Shown here: positions 53,363-64,000 of the stretch, one piece after another | Numbering within the stretch: position 1 is the first letter of the stretch | Layout of the letters: each line of letters opens with the position of its first letter | From: Antedon mediterranea | Taxonomy: Eukaryota; Animalia; Echinodermata | Length of the DNA stretch: 64,000 nt | Assembly: GCF_964355755.1 (NCBI RefSeq) | Contig: NC_092671.1 | Coordinates: 8,556,001-8,620,000, forward strand | Direction: 5' to 3' | The notes under the pieces: model-generated | Databases searched by the model: none | What the model was told of the DNA's origin: nothing | What the model saw: the letters and a program-made list of their open reading frames with translations, nothing else | Program-made: the position numbers and the translations under genes

Positions 53363-54686
53363 ATCCACATCAATGCGGCATATCTATTATAACCATCATT
53401 TCCATACTTTTGTCACTAAATAGTAATTTACTACAGACAGTAAAACATAGACAGTATTAAAAATACATCTGTCTAGTCTACATATTCCTTTGTTTTATAT
53501 TTACTAGGTGTTGAATCTGTAACGTTGTAATGGATAGATAGATCACACATAAGCTGTTTAGCTTAAACATACTCTAGTCTACTATCAAAACAATACACGT
53601 CATCTTTAATTCATCTTTCTTTTGTTTGATACGTGCGACGCGATTACCAATATCTTTATTTATCACAGCGTATGACCGATTCTACATTAGGTATTGCTAT
53701 CTCTAAAAGCCAATACATTGCAATGAAATTAGTTTATTTGATTGACATTTCTTCTTAGTCTAAAGCTAAATGTTTCATTAAAAATAATTTTGTTTGATTG
53801 ACTTCAGTGCGGAATAAAGTTCAAATAAACTTCATTTTCATGTAATAGAATACTCCTTGATTTAAAGTAAATATTCCTTATAAAAAGGTAAATAACAATT
53901 TAGTTAATATAATCCTAATTTATATTGCCCATTACCGTATACTAAGATGAAAGTGATTTATTTCTTAATCTTTCATACTCAAATCCTTTCACATTATAGC
54001 GTTAATGAGAAATTTACTATCACGTGACATGGGATAAAATGTCATTAAGGAGCATACTTTTATGAAATAAGTAATTATTTGCAATTCTAAGAAGTCTCAT
54101 AATAATTAGCAGAGTGTTTTATTGTACTTGAACTGTGACATTCTGAAAATGTATTGACTCTGACAGAAATCATGTACTATGTATATTATATTTGATTATT
54201 TTTAAATGGTAAAGAAGAGAAAGAATTTGCAACAGTGACAAAAAGTCACCTCATTGGAAGTGGGGTACAAGTGTTTAATGTTTTAAAATGTCGTTATATG
54301 TTGGTGGAAAGTTCTTCATGAGTTCTCTCTCTCAAACCTGAAATGTTGTGTCTCTTGAACTCAACGCAGTAGTGTACAATCTAAACAAACGAAGGCTTAA
54401 AAATGGCGAATTGATTTGTACTGACTTGATGTTAAGACTGAGTATCTTGCATCATTGTTGTTTTTAATATTATTTATTTGATCATTTTCTTTAAATCATT
54501 TTAATACAGAAAATTGAAAAATTATTGTTTATATGAGAATGCTATATGTTGCAATATCAATTTGAAGGCCAGCCTACTAAAAACGACATTGTATATATTT
54601 CCAAGATTTATGATTAAGTTTTAATTAAATTTTGATATAATATCTATTTTATTATCTATAATAAAATCTTGTCTTATATTATTCAG

Positions 54687-54802
54687 ATTGGTTTCATCTT
54701 GTGATGACGATGATGTTTGTCTCGTTGGCAACCATGTGTAAAGAACAAGGCATTACAGTTGTCGGTGTTTGTTGTGTTTATGAAGTTTTCATTGCTCAAA
54801 AG
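54687..54802 (+). CDS. TMTC3: TMTC3 coding exon 4
   Basis: ttcag|(D)[38 protein letters not shown]|gtatat. Phase 1 matches exon 3; contains the KEQGITV motif. Confidence 0.95.
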
Positions 54803-55044
54803 GTATATTATTTATCCCTTTATAATTATCAATAATATTATAAGACACCTGAAAGTATGCTTGTTGATATACAGTAAAACGTTAAAACAAATTTTATAGG
54901 GTTCTGTTAATGGTTCTCATTGTTCATACAAGTTTTAGAAATTTGTGCAATGCCAGGTACGTTTAAACCCAACTTGTACAGTGGTCTTATAATGCTATAC
55001 AAATATTTTAGTTAACTTTAAACATGTATACTACTATACATTTA

Positions 55045-55730
55045 CCGTACTGACGCGGGTATAAGCCCACCCCCCTTGAACATAAAATCACGTCAAGTTT
55101 GGGGGGTGGGCTTATACCCGAGGATCCAAAAATGCAGATCGTCAAAAACACCATATGTACACTGTGTACACCATGCGAGCGAGCGAGTGCCCTCACGAGG
55201 TGTTGCGACGTGTACTACGACGTTGCCTCTAAATACACGAGGTGTGGAGAGTGTCGGAAAATTAAGCTTATAGTTCGTGTAATTTATCGTAGAATATCTT
55301 ATTTTAAACATCAATTAAACAAGAATTTATCAAGCAGAAAAGCAAGTATACAATGTTCGTTAAATAGAAATGTACCAAAGAAATTTAATAAGCTTGTTTA
55401 TGGCAGCCGATACCAAATAGTGGTTTTCCGTTTTGGCGACTTGTAGCGTCGCGTGTGAAGCGATCTTCGAGCGCGATGGAGTGTAAACAAAACAGGACCG
55501 CTAGGCCTCATATAGCCTAGCGTATATTAGCCTAGCTTGGTTATGATTAAAGGTAGGTGTATGCGGTGTATGGACGTCGCCAAATACAAAATAATGTACT
55601 ACGGCACACACTGTTGATCTTCGAATTAATGGGTGGGCTTATACCCGAGTGCCTCATTTTTCATGAAAATTAGTCAAAAGTTGGGGGTGGGCTTATACCC
55701 GAGTATGGGCTTATACCCGCGTCAGTACGG
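55045..55730. mobile_element. 686-bp Tc1/mariner (pogo/Tigger-like) non-autonomous element
   Basis: TA|CCGTACTGACGCGGGTATAAGCCCA ... perfect 25-bp TIR ...|TA. Internal GGGTGGGCTTATACCCG repeats at about 55103, 55631 and 55685. CpG-rich, so probably young. Confidence 0.92.
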
Positions 55731-58700
55731 TACTAAACCTCCTAAAATTGATTACCATACCCCATGGGTCATGCAAAGCACAATACAATAGTTTCAGACC
55801 TAATGTTTGATTTTTAAACCTAAGTACACAACATACTGATTTCTTTAAATGGGTGTGTCTTTGATTTTATAAATATTATTATATTTAAAAGTATAATTTT
55901 AGAATATATAATAGATTAACCCTTGAGATTATAAACGGTAATTTCATCAAGGTGCCCAATCAATAAATTATTACTCGCGTCGCTTCATTCATTAGACATG
56001 CCCTTCACACGTTATCTCATAAGTCTTTAAGCAATTCCGCACACGTTTTACTAATGTCCAGAAAATACATTGTATATTTGTACGTATCAATACGTGTAAA
56101 CACTTGTACTTTAACACTAAGGACACCCTACAGTTAAGTGATTTTTTGTTTACAGTTATAAGCATTTTGAATGGTTAATGACTACCAAACTAATAAGACT
56201 TGGTCTACATATCTTGGTGATGAATCGCAAATACTCTTTATCATGAAAAAAAAAACATTTTGCGCATTTTAACCTTGAATCAGGTGAAAATTAGTTTGTG
56301 CCTTTTGGCCTTGGCATTGAAAGCTTGTATAATCACGTTTGATATTTATGCGATTAAAGTTGATATAAGCAGGTATGAACATCAAAGAGATTTTTCAGGT
56401 AAATTGAAGAGATAAAATTATTGGAATTGATCGTGCTGCATAATTCAGTTCACTATACTGTAAGTTATAATTGGCATTATGAATATTTAAAATTGAAAAG
56501 TTTATTAACAATATTGTTTGCACGTAATTAGATATTCTGTGAAAAAAGTTTATCTACCCTAGTATACACAAAAATATTGTGAGCCCTGTAGTACATAATA
56601 ATTATGGACAAATCAACGATTTAAACACAATGAAAGCTCTCCTTGTGTCAAATCAAGTCAGAATAAGCATTCTGCATACGTTAAAAAATGTGCGCAATGC
56701 GTGAAAAACTACCGAAATTTTGTATTTACTACAGATATAGCACCTATAACAAGTTGAAAACTTATTAAACCGTAGGTTTAGTGTTCAAATTCATTTGTGT
56801 GCATCTTTGAGAATAGTAGAGGATTAATACCATGTGGTGTGCATACTGTATATGTGACTTCTCTGGAACTATGAAAGTGTACATTTAGTCATCATGACTT
56901 GTGCATGTGCCTTGATGCAACAGAAAATCTATAAATACACTATGATATGGCAATAAAATAATATCTTTGAAAGATTAGGTTAATCACTATAATATTTTCA
57001 AAACTATAAATTTAGATTTCAAGATAAGTTCAGGTTTATCTAAAGTCATAATAAGATTAGAGCAAGAAGTTATGATACACTAAAAAAATATTATTGAAAA
57101 TAATAATTCAATTTGACATTGAGTTTGTGAGAAAATTGAACTTTAATATGCCAAAAGGGTTATAGTACAAACTGATTAAATTATGATATAATAACTAATT
57201 TTATTATTTATGATAAAGGCATCAATTTAAAATGTTAAATGTTATCTTTAATGAATACATTCAATTCAGTGTACAAGGTTTTTTTTTAATGAACTGATGT
57301 TCTACTTTGGAATTAATGAGAACAGTTTTCATTGGATAAATGAATTATATATTTTGTTATTTTTATTTCATGTATTTTTTAATTTTATGCATTTTTAGTA
57401 ATTTTAAATATTATGTATTAAAAAAAGGTTTACCGAATTGAAATATGAAGAGAGATGAATACCAAATTTATTATCATTGGAAAAAAGAAAATTGAAAAAT
57501 AAACAGTTGTGATATTTATCATGACCATTACTTCCTTTAGTGCTAGACAGAAGGATATTTACATTTGACAAGGATTGATTCATCTGTCATACTAAAAATG
57601 TAAAAATCAACTTTTCCAACCTTGGAGGAATAAAATGTAATCTGTTTTGTGAAACTATTAGAAGATATTTTTAAAAGTAGCAATCTTAAATGCATCATTA
57701 CTAATATTGAAGATAAGATATTTTGTTATTGTCATAAACAAAAATATAGGCAAACGTGAAATTTGGTAGATAATACAAAGTACAATTAATGAAATTAATT
57801 TTGTAATTTTTAAAAGTTACAGTTTAAATAATTTTTATACTTTCAGATAGTCTTTTATGGATAGTAAAGTAACATAAACATGATTTGGAGTTTTTCTTTT
57901 ATTTTAAAATATGTTTTCAGAGCAATCCATGATTTTGCTTATCACCTGTCAGACACATTAGATAATTTTAAGTCTGTGGTCCCTGCAGACTAATCTACCC
58001 CTAAGATCTATTGAAGGAAGGAAGCAAACACCAATTAAAAACATCTTCAAGGTTCAAAATCTCCTAAAATTATTCCCCATATGCCTGTCGATCTCGTAGC
58101 CAAAAAACCGAGATGTTTATTTAATTGGTACATTTGTAGCAGTGCCGTATTTATCTAGATAAACAGAACAGTTAACATTACTGCACTGTAATCCTAAGGT
58201 TGAACATGGTTAATCCCTATGAATGCAAGAATGTAAATCAGGGATTAGTAATTAGTATATCTTTAATATCCTAATGAAAAAATAATCCTACATAAATGCA
58301 CAGACTTTCATCACAGATAAATATCCCTGCAAGGTTCCGATTTAAGTTTGTCATGAGAATGTTTACAAGCCAGTGAGTGAAAGTATTAGAAGGTTTACCA
58401 TGCTTTTATGCTTGTCCCCATTTTACTTAAAAAATATTAGTACTACTGGGAGAATCACGTTTTAGGAGAAATGTTCATTAGTGTACCACACATTGTTTGA
58501 AAACTTTGTAGCTATTAAATTTACTTAATATTTCTCCATGCTTGTATGGAAATTATGTTAGAATTTTAAACTCACAATTGTTTTAACTTATACATTTTCC
58601 CTTTCTTTGTATCTTTATCATAAAACTAAAATTGTTTTTAAATGTTAAGTGAAACTTCAGTTTCCAGAAACATCTTGGGACCAGGCAAAAAATAAAATTT

Positions 58701-58851
58701 TTTGGTGAATCGGTTTTTTAAACAAATTAAGTTTATTCTATACAGTATCATAATGATAACAAATTGATTTCAGTTTGTCTATTCATCATCTGAATTTGTT
58801 GTACTTATAATCATTTTGTAAATGTTATTATTTATTTATTATATCTTTCAG

Positions 58852-59027
58852 CTGTCATGCTTCGACCTTCTGCAAAACGCACGATTGTGGCTGTCGGGTA
58901 AAGTGCCCTTTCCAGGTGGCGCTTTAAAGTTATCTTTCTATCGTATTTTATTCTTAGCTCTCGGTACATTTCTGCTACTCGCTGTAAGACTAAAAATTAT
59001 GGGATCGACGCTTCCTGTATTCACAAA
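58852..59027 (+). CDS. TMTC3: TMTC3 coding exon 5
   Basis: tttcag|LSCFDLLQ...LLAVRLKIMGSTLPVFT AA|gtaagt. Confidence 0.92.
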
Positions 59028-59799
59028 GTAAGTTTGGCTCCTGATTGTTATCTGTGCTAAAATGGTATTTAAACGGTTTTTCAGATGGTTACTGGTTTTT
59101 AAAATTCAATGTATATCACCGGGCGTTTATAATTTCTTCTGTGCCTGTAAATGACATAACTATACATTTTCAAACTAATTATACTTATGTAACATACACT
59201 AAGATATTAACCAAGATGTCTTAATGAGAAACATTGTGGGAAGGAATATTTTCTTAGGTTTGTTAAAAATAAATTAATTTCCATAGCGACAAACCTAAAT
59301 TACTGTAAATCAATTTAATTATAGATGAAATATTTCTATGTTTAAAGTGATTAATATCCTCGTTCAATCCCAATTTTAACCTAGTCTGAAGAATCAATAA
59401 ATATACGTTTACAAACACGCACTCATTTCATAACGCAATTATGATTGTCATGCTATTATGAAGATAAATCTGGCTGCGTAAGCCAATAAACGAAGGTGTG
59501 CTCATTGATGCAGGAATCTCAGGAGATTGAGGACATATAATCTCATTTTCTCACCTGGTACAGTGGTTGAATGTTTTTGTTGTCGTTTAATTCCTTTTAG
59601 CATCTTGATACAGGATGATTCAGAAAAAGTAGAACCCTTCCTATTCAAGGGACACCCGTATTAAACAACACCTTTCCAATGAAACGAATCAGGGACAATA
59701 TATATTTTTTAAATAACACTAAAACACACCCCTGATAAAGGAACATCCCTATTACAGTAAGGAGAAACTTTGTGGGGTCTTTATGTCCACCATTCACGC

Positions 59800-59930
59800 T
59801 TACCATCATATTGGTGGTGCTTGCCTTCCAATCCCAAGGTCCAAGGTTCAATCCTGACCTAGTGCAGGGTTGTAAACTCACGACTCTTTCAATACAACTC
59901 CACTCCCTAAGCCTCAAATGAGACTTAGTT
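59800..59930 (+). mobile_element. Degenerate tRNA-derived SINE head
   Basis: B box GGTTCAATCC at 59845-59854 after a tRNA-like GTGCTTGCCTTCCAATCC segment; the A box is decayed. A similar head lies on the minus strand at about 45095-45153. Confidence 0.45.
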
Positions 59931-60816
59931 TATAAGCACGATAATTTTTAAAATAGTTTATCAATCCTGTAATTGGCAAATTTGTGCTCGCTGTTGGATG
60001 CAAATGAAATAAAAATAAAGTATGCCAAACCTCACTACACAAATACAAAATAAAAAATGTTAATAAAACCAACATGATATTGTGTAAAAAGTTAAATTGT
60101 CTGAGGCAATGAACAAAATGTGTCAGCATATATTGATTGCTTATGGATTTTAATTTCCCTAAAAGCTATGAAAAGATTCATGAACATCTGCAATCATCGT
60201 TGCCCTAAATATCACGATGATGATCCGCAACACCCATTTATATTATCCGTCTCCGTTATGTGAAATTGTGTCTCCAAATTTATTGTCTCCGTATCCAAAG
60301 GTACTTTCACTTTTTTTATGGGGAATATATAAAATCCGTTCATTACTCAAATTGTAAAAGCTTTTAATGTGGCTTGACAACGGTTAATCTATCAGTGTGA
60401 AAACACAATCCATCCCGCAAAAAATGTGAGATGTTAATATCTCGTCTGATGTAATATTTTGTCTAGCCATTTTGAATTCTTCACATAATTATCAATCTCT
60501 AAAATATTATGGAATAGTTCTATGGTAACTTTTAAAGTGATACAGTAAGGATGGTGACTTCACATGTTCTACAACTGTTCCTCAGTTTAAAGGGATTTGG
60601 ATAAATTAACTTACTTTTGACAGTTTTGACAAGACTATTGAGAATCTTCACCATTCACATTAAAGGAAACACTTAAACGTTAAAGATTATCCTATATAAT
60701 ATCACTTAGAAATGATTAAATATACTGAACTATAATGATTTATGAATACAGCAACATAATCTGTTTGAATTAGATTCTGAAATAACATTGTAATTGTAGT
60801 TCTTTTTTCTTGGTAG

Positions 60817-61069
60817 TTTTGACAACCCAGCATCACAAGCTCAATTTCCAGCCAGACATCTCACCTACTGGTATTTGCTTCCAATCAACGCTTGGCTTCT
60901 ACTCTGCCCATCTAAGCTGTGTTGTGATTGGACAATGGGTACCATTCCTCTCGTCGAGAGTGTGTATGATCCTCGTAACCTAGCAACTGTTCTCTTCATC
61001 TTGGTCTTGGGAAGTTTGGTACTGTATGCAGTTTTCAACAGTAATCACCTCTCAAGACAAGTTATTATG
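60817..61069 (+). CDS. TMTC3: TMTC3 coding exon 6 (DUF1736 region); the gene continues beyond the window
   Basis: tag|(N)FDNPASQAQFPARHLTYWYLLPINAWLLLCPSKLCCDWTMGTIPLVES..DPRNLAT...RQVIM|gtaaac. Confidence 0.95.
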
Positions 61070-62540
61070 GTAAACTGAAATTGTATTTATTTTTTATCCT
61101 CTCACAATTAACATTTTTGTTACACAGCCAATCAGAGAGTCCACAGATAAAATACTTTTGATATTCTCATTACCTCATTTTTCATGGGATGGGATGGGAT
61201 GTTAAACTGTCGATCCTGTCTACTTAATTGCAAATGTGCAAGAAAAGAACATACATAGATTCATTGGATTCACAGATGCACATAGGCATGTTTTTATATA
61301 CTTGTGGCCAAAAACAAATTGTTATTCTCTATTATCTATTCAATATGTTAGTCTCGAAATTAAAATATAGAAAGCATATTGCTTTATTAGTTTTTTGGAA
61401 ACTAGGTTGTTTCATTCTAATTAATTGCTAATATTAATAGTTAACATTTCTATAAATCAACTTTCGTAAAAAAAATATTAATATTTCCGTTTGCAATTTC
61501 CTGAGGACATAATAATAGTTTGACCTACAGGTCGCCAGATTTTAATCAATCTGAAGATGTCAAGCTCGTCAAAAGTTTGCATAAGATATAAGCGAAAATC
61601 AATTTGGAGAGATTTTAATTTAAAGATCAGAAGAGGCAGTATAGTCTCTTTAGCTATTGACATTTTGAGTGATTTGTTTACTGATATCCCAAGCCTAGGG
61701 TCTCTACACGTAGTGTTGAACTTCTTCCCCGGCTTATCTTTTTAACTTTAAATGCTAATTAAACATACACTAGATTCTATTTTAAATTAGTAATCATCAA
61801 CTTCTATATATACAGGTATAATATTTTTAAAAGAAAACAAGAATTTTGATATATTGTTTTATGGTATATAACGATGTTATATAGAGAATATAGCATCAAA
61901 TAATTGTGAAATATATTACTACATGACATAACTTGGCAAGAAATTAGGGAGTAGGATAACAATGGAATTGTCTGAATTTAATCTAAATAATAATAGGATT
62001 TCAGCATGTCAGGATTATACTTGTTCATAAATATAATATAAAATATTAGATACATCATTTATTGTAAACTTGCAGTGTAAGTTTTCGTGTAAAAGTTGTC
62101 TATTTTTTTGCTAGATGATTTCACACATAGTTCTACATTTCATACAAAATCAAACTTTATTTGATAGTTCATTTTAATTGCATCTGCAATATCCGACACA
62201 GTTTTCTTCAAATTGTTCTAGTTTTCGTAAGTGAATTTAATGAACTTTCGTCTTGGAAATCTCAATTAAATTATAGATTACATGACAGATAATTACATTT
62301 GGAAATTACATATAAAATTGTTAACATTGAATTGGCAAAATGTTATTATGTAATCAAAAGATAGAAGACATTGTAACATAAATTTGATTTTTCTAGTCTT
62401 TACAAACTCATTTACAGAAACAAATTGAAATCTGCTTCAAGCAGAGAATGAAATTTGAAATTACATAATTAAAGTTATTCAAAGTCATAGCACGATAAAT
62501 AGATTTAAGTAAAGCATGCAATTTGTCAAGTTCTTCACAA

Positions 62541-62904
62541 ATGAAGTTTGTTGGACCGTATTGTAGAATTTGTACACTACGATTTCATGACTACATGGAT
62601 ATAAATTGAAAATAGGCCTGATACAAAAATATAAAAGTTCTTATGGTCCTTCACATTGTCACATCCCAGTATACCATTTGAGAATAAGTCAGGCCACTAT
62701 AAAAGAGGGATGTTGAAACTCCATGAAATTTGTTGGACCGTATTGTAGAATTTGTACACTACGATTTCATGACTACCTGGATAAACTGAAAATAGGCCTG
62801 ATACAAAAATAGAAAAGTTCTTATGGTCCTTCACATTGTCACATCCCAGTGTACCATTTAAGAATAAGTCAGGCCACTATAAAAGAGGGATATTGAAACT
62901 CCAT
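62541..62904. repeat. ~182-bp tandem duplication
   Basis: ATGAA.TTTGTTGGACCGTATTGTAG...GAGGGAT.TTGAAACTCC starts at 62541 and 62723 with few differences. Confidence 0.95.
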
Positions 62905-64000
62905 CTGAAGGGCAATGGCTATTGTCAGTTTATCCATGTATGTGGCACACAGTACTGTTGGTTTGTGTAATTTTAAGTGGAAGAACATCGAGTAGAAATG
63001 GTTAGATATCACCTTCAAGATTCCAGAGTTCGGAATTTCCATATATTCGTAAAGGTCTCAAATTCTTACTATTTAAAATAAATTTAGGTCTATCAATATA
63101 ATATGGCCTAGGGGTAGTCTAAATGCAAGTGAAAATGTTTTAATCTCAACGATTGTAAACAATGTCTTAGTTAAGTCGAAGATGCTCTCCAGGTGGAATG
63201 CCATCCTGAGATGAGCAGTAGTAATTAGTCTTGTTTATTTTATTTTATTTATATGTAATTTTTACTTTCTATGGACCAGAGATTCCAAAATAAAAGATTG
63301 AATGAATGAATGAGAAAAGCAGACTTCTCTGAAAACCAGTAAATATGGTTTTGGGATTTGTTGATGGCAGTCAATATCTTTGTCACACATAGCACATCCA
63401 AGATTCATAGCTATATGCAAAAGAGTTACCAAAATTCCATGTCTTCGGTGAAGATTGGATGGATTATATAGTATCAAACAGACACATATAAGCATTAAGT
63501 TACGGATATCAAGAATCAAAGAATTTATGTAAAACTTATTCTAAACCGATGGAATTTAACACTATTTTATCCATTTAACATTATATCAATCCTACATTAG
63601 AATTTTATTTGGTTTAGTTTTGAAATGTTATCCGTTTAGTGTTCTAACCATCCTTTATCTTACTTAAATTGCTTTCATAATCAACGAAAAAGCAGAACAA
63701 GAAATATATTAGATCCTGTTATTGCTGAACTAAAGATAATAACAGTAAATATATTACAAGAAATTTAATATATCGTTGTTTCTTCTGAGAGCATTTTAAT
63801 TTACAACCTGACTTTGTTCACGACAATTACGCACATTTTGACCAATTAAGACCATAGGAGAAATTAAGTATCGTGTTAGATTGTACAATGAATGATACAG
63901 TAAACTAGTACTATCTCTTGTTCAAATACTTAAGCACGTATAACCTCTAATTCGCTACATTCAATTCCCAACTCTAATTCCTGTTTTTTAATTCCCTTAT

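Noticed and set aside
52125-53460. CRISPR-like array or repetitive ORFs (MLIQYPIGSLL...)
   Set aside because: Contiguous tandem units with no unique spacers, no cas genes and a eukaryotic intron context. The ORFs are by-products of the repeat.
55008-55446. Overlapping ORFs inside the pogo-like element
   Set aside because: No HTH or DDE transposase motifs; the element is non-autonomous.
61551-61580. CTGAAGATGTC...GTCAAAAG possible hammerhead
   Set aside because: Both stem II and the GAAA core are imperfect.
61557-61745. ORF ending NFFPGLSF as the next TMTC3 exon
   Set aside because: It does not match the expected PFxPASNLFFPVGFVVAERVLY motif; that exon must lie beyond the window.

Overview
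This is an AT-rich, intron-rich eukaryotic window, most likely from an invertebrate animal; the taxon cannot be fixed from sequence alone. I spliced three protein-coding genes by hand, and all intron phases are consistent. (1) A 2-exon C2H2 zinc-finger gene on the minus strand (5362->2688, 589 aa). (2) Head-to-head with it, a complete 7-exon RDH12-like short-chain dehydrogenase/reductase (7302-13339, 330 aa). (3) The 5' part of TMTC3, a protein O-mannosyltransferase: 6 coding exons at 18922-61069, continuing past the window, with a 29.5-kb intron. The non-coding DNA holds several non-autonomous DNA transposons with TIRs and TSDs (Mutator-, hAT-, Kolobok-, Harbinger- and pogo-like), LINE/SINE remnants, minisatellites and perfect palindromes. 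The best second-look items are a 9-bp-TSD element carrying a Pol III (A box/B box/T20) mini-gene, two Penelope-type hammerhead-like motifs, a duplicated promoter module with paired CTCF-like motifs, and pervasive TA-xxx-TA words that match transposon excision footprints. I found no CRISPR array, rRNA, genuine tRNA gene or clear novel multi-gene system.
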